NCBI GenBank assembly: GCA_032718475.1 | Contig: JAUCBJ010003235.1 | Coordinates: 1 to 59,493 of the forward strand | DNA: 59,493 bases | Reading direction: 5' to 3' | Source of the DNA: Nemertoderma westbladi | Taxonomy: Eukaryota > Animalia > Xenacoelomorpha | Shown here: in pieces, positions 37,030-50,666 of the stretch | Layout: each line of letters begins with the position of its first letter | Numbering within the stretch: position 1 is the first letter of the stretch | Notes under the pieces: model-generated | Seen by the model: only the letters and a program-made list of their open reading frames with translations | The model's database searches: none | Told to the model about the DNA's origin: nothing | Translations under genes and position numbers: made by a program

Positions 37030-37445
37030 TAGTATCATTACAATAATTTATGTTAAAGGGACACTTTATAGGCCCAAATAAAAATATCAGGGCAATAAAT
37101 ATCCCGGTACACTGTACAAGGAACATAGATCTGAACGATTGGCAAATTTTACCAACCAGGGATATAAATTTGGTCCTGCGTTCACAAGTTCTTCTTGGAA
37201 AGGTGCAAGGCAGGAGAACCGGCATGTTGTGACCCACACAACGGCGCACGGTTGGCATCATCGTCTGTGCAGCCATAAAGAACCTTATCACGAAAGCTCT
37301 AATCTGTGTTTTTGTGAATTCTGCGGGTCTAACGCAGAAAACCTTTATCATATATTGCCAGTATCTTGTCCATCTTGCCCTCCCTCGACTGACTATAAAT
37401 ACTTGCCTCCATTAGAGAATAATCCGCAGCGATCTTACTTTTAAT
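37030..37445 (+). pseudogene. Possible 3' fragment of a LINE (CCHC zinc-knuckle) in 4.1 intron 1
   Basis: CEFCGSNAENLYHILPVSCP motif in a short broken ORF. Confidence 0.4.
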
Positions 37446-37708
37446 TTATTAACAGTGCTCTTTCTTTTGCATTTTATATGCGATTATTTACTGAGATTAG
37501 GCCTGCTGTATATATATTTTAACATCCGTAATTTTATTGATATATTGAGAATTAAATTTATATACCTTGTTAAGGGTGTACCGGTATCTTCTTTAAAAAA
37601 ATAAAATAAAGATACATGCGATAAACAGAACACCCGCCGCCTCTACTGTCAGCTTCTAGAAGTTTAATTTTAGTTTATCGGTTCAACATTGCTTTTTTTT
37701 TATTTCAG

Positions 37709-39305
37709 TTGCAAAAGATGAAAATCTTATTGGTGAGACCGACGCGTACGGAAGGAAAAAACCCATTAAGGAGTATGGGTTGGACGCCTACGGGAGGAAA
37801 TGGGAAGACAAGAATTACGGGAAGGACGCCCTGGGAAAACGGCCGATAGAGCCCGGCTACGGTGCGGGAATGTACGAGCCGGACAACAAGGGGAGACAAC
37901 CCGGGCAGCCGCACTACGGACAGGACGAAAAGGGGAAACACCCGGGGGATAAGGGCTACGACATGTCGACGGCGTTCCCGCCCGGGGAGCGGGACGCCTA
38001 CGGACGGCGGCACGAGGATCCGCTGTTTGCCACGGACGTCTACGGTCGGCGGGTGGGGGACCCCGGGTGGGGGCGGGACGCGTACGGGGCCCGGCCCGGG
38101 ATGCCCGGGTACGGGCGCGGCATGTACGAGATGGACGCCCGCGGACGGCGCCCGGGCGAGCGGGGCTACGGCTCGGACGGGAGCGGGGCGCGCCCCGGGG
38201 CCCCGGGGTACCGCGTGGACGACGCGTTCACCCCGGTGGACGACGCCGACTCGTTCGGGAGGAAACCCGGCGACCCGCTGTACAAGTGCGACGGTTTCGG
38301 GCGGCGTCCCGGGCAGAAGAACTTCGGGAAGGATTTGTACGGGCGCGCCGAGAAGGAGGCGGCGTTCGGTTGCGACGCGTTGGGGAGACGGCCGGACGAG
38401 GCCGGATACGGATTCGGTACGACGGACGCGGATAATAAGGGCCGAAACCCCGGGGATGACGGATACGGAACCGACGATAAAGGCCGACGGCCTGGGGATG
38501 ACGGATACAACCTGGAGGCTTCCTTCCTTATGGGGCCGTGCGACGCCTACGGGAAGAAGAAGTCCAACGGGTTGTACGGAACTGATGCGTTTAATCGCGG
38601 CCCCGAGAATCCGGATTACGGGACCGACGCCGTTGGGAAGCGGCCGTTCGATGCGGGTTACGGGAGCGGTGTTTATAACGTGGATACAAAGGGACGACGA
38701 CCCGGGGATAAAGGGTTCGGTGGGGATCGGAAAGATCGGAGGCCGGGGGCTGCGGGGTACGAGTATCCGACGGCGTACGAAGCGGCGCAACGGGACGCGT
38801 TCGGCAGGGTGCTGGCCGACCCCTTGTTCGGTACCGACGTGTACGGGAGGCGTCCAGCGGACGAGGGCTTCGGTAGGGACGCCTTCGGGAAGCGGCCCGG
38901 ACAGGCGGGATTCGGGCGGGGCATGTACGAGTTGGACGCGCGGGGGCGGTCGCCCGGGCAGGCGGGGTACGGACGGGACCAGGACAACCGGGTCCCCGGG
39001 GCCCTGGGCTACCAGCCGGAGGCCGCGTTCCCTAGCACCGAGGACTCCGACGCGTTCGGCAGGAAGCCGGGACACCCGCTGTTCGCGTGCGACGGGTACG
39101 GACGGCGGACGGAGAGTCCGTTGTTCGGTACGGACGCGTACGGGAGGGCGGAGCGGGATCCGGGGTACGGGGCCGACGCGTTGGGTAACGAGATGGCGGA
39201 CGCGGCGTACGGGTTCGGGTTGTACGAACCGGACGCATACGGGAGGAAGCCGGGGGAGGAAGGCTACGGGAGCGACAATGTCGGCAGGAAACCAGGGGAA
39301 GAAGG
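37709..39305 (+). CDS. EPB41: Protein 4.1 family, exon 2 (Gly/Asp/Tyr/Arg-rich repeat region)
   Basis: tttcag acceptor and gtgagt donor; phases 1 and 2 join both neighbouring exons in frame; open throughout. Confidence 0.88.
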
Positions 39306-40794
39306 GTGAGTCGGATACTTTATATAATTTGCCTCTAATATGAAGTCATTTATTTCTAATCTTTCTACTCGGTAATTCGGGTATTTCAGTAACTTACTTA
39401 CATTCTTACGGAACTACACTGAAAAACCAAGTGCCGGTCGAATTTTTTACCAGTGGTTGTATTTAAGTACTGGTGGTAGAAATTTCAAAACCGGGGTTAG
39501 CATAAAATGTTAATCAAAGGCATTCATAAACCGTCGGTTGATAATTAAAACTGCCGGTTCATGAGTGAGTTAGTTTAGGTGAATTTATTGTTAATATAAG
39601 TCAAAATATCAAACAGTTTGTTATATCATGCTACTGCCGGTTTTAGTGAGAAATCATTCCTTTAAAACTGGCGGTTTGAAGAAAATTACAAAAGTGGCGG
39701 TTATATTCGGAAAAATGCCGGTTTTTCAAAGTAATAATTTCCCATTAACCGGCGGTTTGAAGAAACAAAGAAATACAAAATGGCGGTTAACTAACTGCCG
39801 GTTTTAGTGAGAAATCATTCCTTTAAAACTGTATACAGACTAAGATACTTACATACAGATACTTACAGATATACCTACAGATACCTACAGATACTTACAT
39901 TCTTACGGAGCTACAGACTAAAGTTGAAATATTTATCCAAGGTAATTAACAATGCAATTAAGATGCGCCGCTTATTCTTCCATTGGTTTTACAAAACAAT
40001 AATTATCATTTAATTCTCACGAGAGCACTAAATTATATAACAAAATGCAAATACTCAGAACAATTTTAAATTATTTGATTTGATAAACCATTAACCATAA
40101 CCACACAATCGTCACACACAATCTTTATCATATTGCTTGAAATTTAAAATATAACTACCGGTTGTTCAACACTTTTTTTTTAAAACACTTAATATCGATA
40201 CGTCATATCGAAAATTGTGGCTTTATGGGACATCGATGACGGTGAATTGAACTGGTTGAGTTCCAAATTGCAAGCAATTTGGTAAAGATTTGTAAAAATG
40301 TGGGGGGGGGGGGGGGGTCATTAGAAAATGAGACTCTATTACTGGCCACTGTGTATAATTATCTATCGAAATAAAATATCTATATAATCTTAAATATTTA
40401 ACCTTCGCCATCCCCGCCACGATTTTTTTCACATTGAGATGCCATCCTCCTCACATACCACCCCCATATCCGTAACCTCAGAAATATAAACTAACAAATT
40501 TACAATCAGGATATACGAACATTGGGGGTTGACATCGACAATATAAAGTAACCCAACATCCATTGACTTCTAGTCTAGTGCAAAACTAATTATAATTTTT
40601 TGGTGTTTTTTTACGGCGCTCGATTTTCTCACCAAATGTAAGATAAGTTTATATTGTAAGATAAAGTGAACCAGATGAAATACCGGTACTTTATTTACAA
40701 TATTCCTGTTATGCAATATTATTGTAGTAATAGGTGGTATCTAACTGAGTTGAATATGTTTTATTAACATTTTTCCTTTCCCATCGGGTTACAG

Positions 40795-42088
40795 ATACGA
40801 TGTCCATTCGGCATTCTATGTGGGAGACACGGACGCTTATGGGAGGAAGATGGGAGACCCGTTGTTTGGAGCGGACGCCTTCGGACGCAATGCGGGCGAC
40901 CCTGGGTACGGGAGCGACGCCTACGGGCTGTACCCGGGCGAGGCGGGCTACGGGCGCGGCCTGTTTGAGCCGGACCTGTACGGGCGTCTCCCCGGGGACG
41001 TCGGCTACGGGGCGGACCACAAGGGCCACCGACCCGGGGAGTTGGACTACCAGGTCGATGTGTCCTTCATACAGGATCCCGAGAAGGATCTGTTCGGACG
41101 GCGGCCGGAGGAGAAGGATTACGGAACGGACGCGTACGGCCGTCGACCGGACGCCCCGGGGTACGGGTGCGACCCGTACGGGAAGCGCCCGGGCGAGTTG
41201 GGCTACGGACGGGGCGTCTACGAGATCGACGCCGCGGGGCGGCGGCCCGGACAGCCGGGCTACGGGTCGGACGAATCCGGCCGGAAGCCGGGCGAACCGG
41301 GCTACGACGTGGGCACGGCGTTCGCTATGCGAGCGCTCGTTGGCCCGCAGTGGCTAGATACCGGGTCTAACATAACGCGAACCTCCGTGGTGACCACCTC
41401 GATGACTCGGGAAGGAGGCCCAACGGCGGACGGGGAGTTCGAGCGTACCAAATACCAGCGTCGCGTTGTTACCACGACAACCACGACTAAACGCATTCTT
41501 ATTAACGACGCGGGGGAGGAGATCAACCCCGAGGATTTGAGTCCGGCGGATCAGGCGATGCTGCGGCAGCTGTCGGACCCGGATCGACGGGACCCCGGGG
41601 CCCCCCAGGAGGAGGAGGAATCCTCCGACGAGGAGTTCGTGCAGATGCCGGACGAGGATTACCCGGTCGGAGCGCCCGGGTTCCAGCCGACAGCCGTAGT
41701 TAAAACCGCCACGTTGAAGTTCCAACCGGGGGATTACGGGGTGGATGAAGCGCCGAGCAGTACGTATACGCCCCCTACGGTGAACACGCGCACTGTGACG
41801 GTGGAGAGTCCGGAAGAGCCGTTACGTCATGAAGGCGAACCGGAAGAGTTCGATGGGAGTCACACGTTGACGCAGGAGTCAAGTTCCTCAACAACCACGA
41901 CGCACATCACTAAAACGGTGCGGGGCGGAGTAGCCGAGACCAAGGTGGAGAAGAGGATCGTCATACAGGGAGATGCCGAGGTCGACCCCGATAAAGCGTT
42001 GGCGGAGGCCCTGCGAGAGGCAGCGCTGGAGAACCCGGATCTAGAGATCACCAAGGTGGTCTACAGCCAACAGGACCAAGATGGTTAG
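40795..42088 (+). CDS. EPB41: Protein 4.1 family, last exon (more repeats plus 4.1 C-terminal domain)
   Basis: ttacag acceptor (phase 2); TTTHITKTVRGGVAETKVEKRIVIQGDAEVDPDKALAEALREA..ITKVV is the 4.1 CTD. The spliced CDS is 4029 nt, 1342 aa. Confidence 0.92.
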
Positions 42089-42919
42089 ACCGTGGATGAA
42101 ACTCCATAGAAACACAATTGGATTTGCGCTCATATTATTATTAACATTTATTATTTATTATTATTATTAAGTTTTTTGCAATTTTCTGTATTTCACCGAG
42201 TTACGGATACGCGTTGCTTTGTGGTGTGCCAATCCGAAACGAAACTCCGTCTGGATCATAAAGGCACCGACTAGACCATAATGGTTCTTCTTGGACTTTT
42301 TGCTGGACCTATGGCTTTATTTTTTTTTTCTTTGTCATAAACGAAATCCAACTAACTCTATCGCCAACGCCACAAACTTTTTTTACCCTTAGCTTATTAA
42401 TAATTTGTCAATTATGTGTCGAATTCATATTATTATTATAGTTATATTTGGCGGTCTATTTAATTTGGTTGAAGCTTTAATAAGTTCATTACTTAGCATT
42501 TAGTTGGGGGCAGCTCAGTGGGACTTACCCTCCTCGACAAGTATTTTATGATATTCCAGATTCCCGCGATTATTTTCTATTGTTTATGTTGGCTGGAGAT
42601 GTAATGCATGTGAAGAACAGCGCCTGTTTGATATTATTTCACTATCGTGCTTCTAGCTAATAGCGATTATTATATAGTGTAAAACGTTTATTGGAACGGC
42701 CGCTTTTATCTGTTTCATGTCTCACGTTTATAGTTGTTTATGTTTATTGGTACTAACTAACTTTACGGTTATAACAATAAACTGATGTTTTATATTTCCA
42801 ATTGTAGTTTATTTCACGTCCTTGATTTGATACGACATTGTGGACAAACCTGACAATCGAAAATACTTGAGAAAACCACCACCCGCACACCACCACCCTC
42901 CGCCCACCACAAATTATAT

Positions 42920-44150
42920 GTGGCACAAACTATATGTGTTGCAAAGGGTGGCAAACAATGTGTAGCAAAGGGTGGCAAACTATATTTGGCAAAGGGTGGC
43001 AAACTATCTTTGGCAAAGGGTGGCAAACTATGTGTAGCAAAGGGTGGCAAACTATGTGTAGCAAAGGGTGGCAAACTATATTTGGCAAAGGGTGGCAAAC
43101 TATCTTTGGCAAAGGGTGGCAAACTATGTGTAGCAAAGGGTGGCAAACTATATTTGGCAAAGGGTGGCATACTATGTGTGGCGAAGGACGACAAACTATG
43201 TGTAGCAAAGGGTGGCAAACTATATTTGGCAAAGGGTGGCAAACTATCTTTTGCAAAGGGTGGCAAACTATGTGTAGCAAAGGGTGGCAAACTATATTTG
43301 GCAAAGGGTGGCAAACTGTGTGTGGCGAAGGACGGCAAACTATGTGTGGAAAAGGGTGGCTGACAAACTATGTTTGGCGAAGACGGCAAACTATGTGTTG
43401 CAAAGGGTGACAAACTATCTTTGGCAAAGGGTGGCAAACTATGTGTAGCAAAGGGTGGCAAACTATTTGGCAAAGAGTGGCAAACTGTGTGTGGCGGAAG
43501 GACGGCAAACTATGTGTGTAAAAGGGTGGCTGACAAACTATGTTTGGCGAAGACGGCAAACTATGTGTGGAAAAGGGTGGCTGACAAACTATTTTGGCGA
43601 AGGACGGCAAACTATGTGTTGCAAAGGGTGGCAAACTATCTTTGGCAAAGGGTGGCAAACTATGTGTAGCAAAGGGTGGCAAACTATATTTGGCAAAGGG
43701 TGGCAAACTATGTGTGGCGAAGGACGGCAAACTATGTGTGGAAAAGGGTGGCTGACAAACTATATTTGGCGAAGGACGGCAAACTGTGTTGCAAAGGTTG
43801 GCAAACTATCTTTGGCAAAGGGTGGCAAACAATGTGTAGCAAAGGGTGGCAAACTATCTTTGGCAAAGGGTGGCAAACTATGTGTAGCAAAGTGTGGCAA
43901 ACTATCTGGCAAAGGGTGGCAAACTATGTGTGGCGAAGGACGGCAAACTATGTGTGGCAAAGGGTGGCTGACAAACTATATTTGGCGAAGGACGGCAAAC
44001 TATGTGTGGCAAAGTGTGGCAAACTATATTTGGCAAAGGGTGGCAAACTATATTTGGCAAAGGGTGGCAAACTATGTGTAGCAAAGGGTGGAAAACTATT
44101 TTTGGCAAATGGTGGCAAACTATGTATGGCGAAGGACGGCAAACTATATA
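42920..44150. repeat. 24-bp minisatellite (GCAAAGGGTGGCAAACTATGTGTA)
   Basis: Direct reading; about 50 units, 8-aa periodicity in the spurious ORFs. Confidence 0.95.
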
Positions 44151-45469
44151 TGGGGGCCCGCAGAAGTAGAGTGGATTTGACGTAGTAACCGAGTTAGCTA
44201 AGTTGAACTCAACAACTCAACAAAAAATGAAGGCACGCGTACAAAGTTGACCCTCTATGATAGATAAGTCACCGTTTTCCCATTTAATCCGCCTAAGATG
44301 GGGATTTTCTACAATGTCACTCACTCTAGCTCTTACGAATAAATAAGTTTGGCAAATATCATGAATATTGCATTTAAGTGTGATTGGTACCTTCCCTTCA
44401 ACAATATCCTGGCATCTACCCCTTCACATAATGGACTTCCGCCTACATCATTACTCAATAATAATAATTGTAAGGACGTCTGCGTTATAAAGGTATTTCA
44501 TTCGCGTAGCCAAACCAGGACTTTGTCCTAATTATATTTGCCTTGCTGCAGAATAAATCTCAACTATTAATTTGATTCTGTTCTATTTTCTAAGGCACTT
44601 TAGCCAAATGCTATCAAACATCCATTTACTCTCGCAAGAGCAGTTACCATGAATTGCCGGCTTTCTGCGCCCAATTTTATAAGTGCAGCAGCAGCAGGCC
44701 GCAGCTATTATTAGGACATTAATTCCCCTTCCCTCACCAACCACAATCCTCCCACAGCAGTCTTTGATATACCCCCCCCCCCCCCCCCCAGATGCCGCCC
44801 TACGCAGAACGCAGACACAACATCTAGGTTACTCGTAGTAATTGAGAGCGAACAGAAATGAATACCAGGATTTATTGATCATATTGTACAGCTTTTCTAA
44901 AAATAGAATAACTGAAATGGCTTACAGCTACCAACCTCCAAGGGAAATTGTCGTCTTGTTATAAATGGAGACAAGAGGGTATATTGTCTAGACACTCTGA
45001 ACTTATGGAATGTGGAGGTTGAATAGTTCCTAAATAATAATAATAGATAGACAACTTGGCATTGAAACTAAGATAACAACATCATTGAGGTTGAGCTCTA
45101 ACCTCGTACGTTGTCTGCTTTATGATTTAATTCTAAGTAGTTTCTGGTATCAATATAATGTTAATCTCTATTTTACTTAAATAATGGCATTAATAATTAA
45201 GCACCACTGTATGGTAGTTAGCGAGCAATAGGTTATCTGAGCGAACAATATGCTTATCTGAGCGAGACAGCTACGCCGTATGGTGTGTAGTTTGTGTGCA
45301 GTATGCGGTATGTATGTATTATTGAGCCTTGTCATTGCGTAGTCCATGAGTCTTGGTGAGTCATGTATCAGTGGATTGGTATGGGGCGAGCCATATAGTG
45401 TGGCTAATTCAAATCACTACGGAACGGGCACCACCAGACTTTCTGCCGTTATATTTCACTTTGCAGTTA

Positions 45470-45686
45470 CTCCCATGTGAAGAATACCAGGTTTTCACCA
45501 AAAACATAGGTTACAGAAGGGCTAAATCTAACCCAAAACAATAAACGAATTAGTACATGTATAGGTTATAAGACAGAAATAAGCGCTATAATAAAACACT
45601 TAATAAAGATAAATTTAAGAAAATAAAAAATCTTCATATATAAAATTCCAATAAAAATTGAAATCCTGGTATTCTTCACATGTGCG
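45470..45686 (+). mobile_element. MITE, second copy
   Basis: Same TIRs and body as 20411-20633. Confidence 0.85.
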
Positions 45687-45873
45687 TCTTTAATTCCAAT
45701 GTTTATTTATTGTTTTGGTTCCTCCCACCTGATTGTAACCTGTAATATAGCATTAATCAAATTAAAATTTTAAGTAACAAATCGATTTAAGAAATTACCT
45801 TAAGTCACTCCCGGGGACACGTATCACCATCTGCCTAAATATTTAACTACGCTACCTAATAAAAACCACTCCC

Positions 45874-46004
45874 AGGGCTCAGTTCGTTGAGCGCCCGCCT
45901 TACAATCTAATGGTTGTAGGTTCGACCCACTCTGGGTCCACTCAGCCTTCCATCCCATGGGGTCGATAAAATGAGATCAAGTTGACATCTGTGAGCTCAA
46001 CTTG
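45874..46004 (+). mobile_element. tRNA-derived SINE head with Nin/Deu-domain-like core
   Basis: A-box-like GGCTCAGTTCG, B-box GGTTCGACC, then ACTCAGCCTTCCATCC..GGTCGATAAAATGAG, recalled as the Nin/Deu SINE core. Confidence 0.7.
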
Positions 46005-47920
46005 GGATAGGAGTAGCCCCCACCCCTACCTTCGGGTAGCAGATAGGAGTAGCGCGCACCCCTACCTTCGGGTAGCAGTTAGGAGTAGCGCGCACCCCTA
46101 CCTTCGGGTAGCAGATAGGAGTGGCGCCCACCCCTACCTTTGGGTGGCAGATAGGAGTAGCGCCCACCCCTACCTTCGGGTAGCAGATAGGAGTAGCACC
46201 CACCCCTACCTTCGGGTAGCAGATAGGAGTAGCGTCCTCCCCTACCTTCGGGTAGCAGATAGGAGTAGCGCCCACCCCTACCTTCGGGTAGCAGATAGGA
46301 GTGGCGCCCACCCCCACCTTTGGGTAGCAGATAGGAGTAGCACCCACCCCTACCTTCGGGTAGCAGATAGGAGTAGCGCCCTCCCCTACCTTCGGGTAGC
46401 AGATAGGTGTGGCGCCCACCCCTACACTCGGGTAGCAGATAGGAGTAGCGCCCACCCCTACACTCGGGTAGCAGATAGGAGTAGCGCCCACCCCTACCCT
46501 CGGGTAGCAGATAGGAGTAGCACCCACCCCTACACTCGGGTAGCAGATAGGAGTAGCGCCCACCCCTACCTTTGGGTAGCAGATAGGAGTAGCGTCGACC
46601 CCTACCTTCGGGTAGCAGATAGGAGTGGCGCCCACCCCCACCTTTGGGTAGCAGATAGGAGTAGCACCCACCCCTACCTTCGGGTAGCAGATAGGAGTGG
46701 CGCCCACCCCTACCTTCGGGTAGCAGATAGGTGTGGCGCCCACCCCTACCTTTGGGTAGCAGATAGGAGTAGCGCCCACCCCTACACTCGGGTAGCAGAT
46801 AGGAGTAGCGCCCACCCCTACACTCGGGTAGCAGATAGGAGTAGCGCCCACCCCTACCTTCGGGTAGCAGATAGGAGTAGCGCCCAGGCCCACCCCTACA
46901 CTCGGGTAGCAGATAGGAGTAGCGCCCACCCCTACACTCGGGTAGCAGATAGGAGTAGCGCCCACCCCTACCCTCGGGTAGCAGATAGGAGTAGCACCCA
47001 CCCCTACACTCGGGTAGCAGATAGGAGTGGCGCCCACCCCCACCTTTGGGTAGCAGATAGGAGTAGCACCCACCCCTACCTTCGGGTAGCAGATAGGAGT
47101 GGCGCCCACCCCTACCTTTGGGTAGCAGATAGGAGTAGCGCCCACCCCTACACTCGGGTAGCAGATAGGAGTAGCGCCCACCCCTACACTCGGGTAGCAG
47201 ATAGGAGTAGCGCCCACCCCTACCTTCGGGTAGCAGATAGGAGTAGCACCCACCCCTACCTTCGGGTAGCAGATAGGAGTGGCGCCCACCCCCACCTTTG
47301 GGTAGCAGATAGGAGTAGCACCCACCCCTACCTTCGGGTAGCAGATAGGAGTGGCGCCCACCCCTACCTTCGGGTAGCAGATAGGTGTGGCGCCCACCCC
47401 TACCTTTGGGTAGCAGATAGGAGTAGCGCCCACCCCTACACTCGGGTAGCAGATAGGAGTAGCGCCCACCCCTACACTCGGGTAGCAGATAGGAGTAGCG
47501 CCCACCCCTACCTTCGGGTAGCAGATAGGAGTAGCGCCCACCCCTACACTCGGATAGCAGATAGGAGTAGCGCCCACCCCTACACTCGGGTAGCAGATAG
47601 GAGTAGCGCCCACCCCTACCCTCGGGTAGCAGATAGGAGTAGCACCCACCCCTACCCTCGGGTAGCAGATAGGAGTAGCGCCCACCCCTACCTTCGGGTA
47701 GCAGATAGGAGTAGCGCCCTCCCCTACCTTCGGGTAGCAGATAGGAGTGGCGCCCACCCTACATTCGGGTAGCAGATAGGAGTAGCGCCCACCCCGACCT
47801 TCGGGTAGCAGATAGGAGGTGGCGCCCACCCCTACCCTTCGGGTAGCAGATAGGAGTGGTGCCCACCCCGACCTTTGGGTAGCAGATAGGAGTGGCGCCC
47901 ACCCCTACCTTCGGGTAACA
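46005..47920. repeat. 36-bp tandem array (GATAGGAGTAGCGCCCACCCCTACCTTCGGGTAGCA), ~53 units
   Basis: Direct reading. Confidence 0.97.
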
Positions 47921-49562
47921 GCTATCGAAAGAGAGGCCTTCGGGCCGTCTTCGGCCGACTGTTTTCTTTTTGCTACCTTATGATCAACTAATGGCCAATG
48001 GGTGGTCAATTATTGATTATTAACATTTAATTAAGGGGGGCGGGGGGGGGGGGGGGGGGGGGTGGTATACCCCCCCCCCCCCCCCCCCCCCCTAGGTACA
48101 ATTTTCAAATTGTTGTTTCTTTATTTAATCTAGAGCAGAATGAGGATTACAAATCCTGGAAAACCGCTTAGTGAGACCTCTTTCAGTTCTCGAGTTATCA
48201 CTGTTTTTATGTACAACGGTCTGTCCGTATACCCCCCCCCCCCCCCCCCCCCCCCCCTTAACTTTAATTACTGCAGTCGACTTATCTTTATTATATATAC
48301 CCAAATGAGCAACTTAAATCCAAACTAATGTGGGAAATCGACATCAACAAAAAAAACGTGTCACCAAACATCCACTGTTACATTAAGTCTATACACGATC
48401 GTCTTATAGCTAGAAAATTTCTACATAATTTACTGATCCGTCAACATCCGTTAATCTAGACTAAGTTACACTGTAGATGTGCTAATCTAAAACTAACTCA
48501 CAATTAAATACAAACCAATTTTACATTATCATGCTAATTCTCCAAAAATACCACTTTTAGTACATTTGCAGGGGGGATTCCTAATAAAAGTTATTGCTTC
48601 TCAACGTGATCATATTTCGAAGATATGACGATTTTACTGATTGCATAAAAAACGATAGACTGTGGAAACTGAACGCAAATCCCAACTCGGCGATACGTCA
48701 AATTAATATTTCGCCACAATGTTAAATTGTCAATTAAGGAAAAGGAGCAGGTTATAGTGGTACGTTATTCTAAATAAAACAATAAACTAAAGTCAATAGG
48801 TTACAGTTTTTACTCCCAGTTACATAATTTCGCTTAAGCCTTCATTCAACACGCAAAGTAAACTCTTTTACCTTCAAAAACTGAGTGACCCCCCCCCCCC
48901 CCTCCCCCCATAATTTGATATATGGCGCTCAGTAATATGGATTTTACAAAGCAATCACGGAGCTGTGGGGTTTTTTCCAAATTGGTTGAGTTTTTCCTAA
49001 ATTTAGCAATCGATAACTTGGACTCTGTACTTCCTACATTCCGGATACCGATTGGACCAATCTACCCTTCTAATTATTATCACCACTCCAATCTCCTTAT
49101 ATGTAATAATTAAACTGAAACTCTTTGTCAATGTACCATATCCGAGGGTCATTAGTTCTAACTGCGTGTTGCCTTGCCTTAGTCAAGGGCATTGATTCGA
49201 TTCGATTCCGGATAAATAGTAAAATAAGTTGGTATCATGACAGTGTAGTAAATGTATTTATTCAAAACGGCCAAAATATCATATAATTTATTATATAAAA
49301 ACAAAATTATATTCAAAGTAAACAAAGTAAATGAAAATGCACATTAATTTATAATTTTAGTCAAATTACTAACTATACCTAATATATAAAAATAAAGCAA
49401 ATTAATAACCACGATTATAATTGAATACCTGTGCGGTGCAATAATAATAGGTGGTTCGAATGTGATTGTCGGATATAACCAATTAAACGCCCCATCCGGA
49501 AGGATGTAATGTAACAATTAATTTTATTGTATACTAATATTGGATGCAATCAATATCGATAT

Positions 49563-49950
49563 GTGGGGCGAGCCACGATGTTTAGGTGAGCTTTAGCATA
49601 GCCGATAGCGGGATAATTAATGGACGGTATGTTATAGTTTTTGTCGTCATCGTTGGAAATGTTTGAAAGCTAATAAGTTAGCCAATCATTGGTGAAATGA
49701 ACCTAAATTTGGTACACTTACACACAATAATATAGTCTATCAGAAGTTCAGAAATTTCATTCAGACATTCTTCTATAATTCCTCTGTATGTCGCTCGGGG
49801 GCGAATTGTGAAGAACTATATCTATCTAGCTATGATTATAGAAACAACCACCAGATACATCTGAAATCTGTTAGGAGTGACCAGCTGCTAATTGCTACGG
49901 AAACGCTCCCCTTGACATCGTGCTGCGCGAAGGGCCCATGAACGAGTTAT
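49563..49950 (+). mobile_element. Helentron/DINE-like element, second copy
   Basis: Shares start, internal and end motifs with 34752-35272. Confidence 0.5.
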
Positions 49951-50141
49951 TTAAATAGAACCCCTAAGTGAAGCTTAAATGGGATGTTTAATTGGCCAAC
50001 ATTGGAAATGTGTGTCATTGGAAATAAAACCTGTGTAATTTATTGCTTCAGTGAAGTATTACTGCTGCATTCCTTAAAAATATATAAAGTAGAAAAAACC
50101 AAAATAAAATCAATAAAATTATCACTGAGTTAGCCGAGGAT

Positions 50142-50666
50142 TTACACGACAATGTCAGTTGTAGGCGACGTTGGTTTTAATGGACAAGTTCGTATTGCGG
50201 GCGAACTGGGGGCGCCGTCGGGGCTGAGTCGGTGTGAATCGGGTGGACTGAGACGCCCTGACGACGATCGCGCCTCCAGCGGATCCGACTGGAACCCAAG
50301 GTTCACGCCACCTTGCGACTTATTCTTGAACTCTCTCCGTTTCTCTATCAGCTCGAATGACTCGCTCTGTTCTAGAATACTCCCGAGTTCCTGGTCCAAT
50401 CGTACGCGATCATTCTCCACCAGTCGGGAGCATTCGATATGAATGTCCCGAATGTTATCAGAGATTTCGGCGGCAACTTTCCTACCGTGAGATGTAGGGA
50501 CGACCTTACGGTCAATGACCTGACTACTTTCGCGGTCATTGACCTCTCGAATCCGGTCTTCCAGGATGGAAGAAACGTCCTCATCGGTGTCCGACTTATC
50601 GGGACTTCCGTCGTTCTGCGACGCGTTGCCTTGTCTACCGCTGGGGGGCGCATGTTGATGTAGTTC
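50142..50666 (-). CDS. LMTK: LMTK/AATK-like kinase, terminal coding exon (low-complexity tail)
   Basis: ttgcag acceptor (phase 0), open to TAA; ends ...PTTDIVV. Confidence 0.75.
   Translation of the reverse strand, partial: ELHQHAPPSGRQGNASQNDGSPDKSDTDEDVSSILEDRIREVNDRESSQVIDRKVVPTSHGRKVAAEISDNIRDIHIECSRLVENDRVRLDQELGSILEQSESFELIEKRREFKNKSQGGVNLGFQSDPLEARSSSGRLSPPDSHRLSPDGAPSSPAIRTCPLKPTSPTTDIVV

Noticed and set aside
37705-39343. Antisense and alternate-frame long ORFs over 4.1 exon 2
   Set aside because: Shadow ORFs caused by very high GC; only the GxDxYGR frame has matching splice phases.
45874-45935. tRNA gene (also considered at about 54050-54130)
   Set aside because: A and B boxes are present but there is no complete acceptor stem or cloverleaf, and SINE body follows.
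45982-47829. 596-aa and 610-aa repeat ORFs
   Set aside because: Arise from a 36-bp unit lacking stops in those frames; near-identical DNA units and no unique coding flanks.
46005-47920. CRISPR-like appearance (36-bp hairpin-forming repeat)
   Set aside because: Units are head-to-tail with no unique spacers, there are no cas genes, and the context is eukaryotic.
47925-47960. Hammerhead ribozyme suggested by GAGGCC-TTCG-GGCCG
   Set aside because: The CUGANGA and GAAA core nucleotides do not flank the stem.
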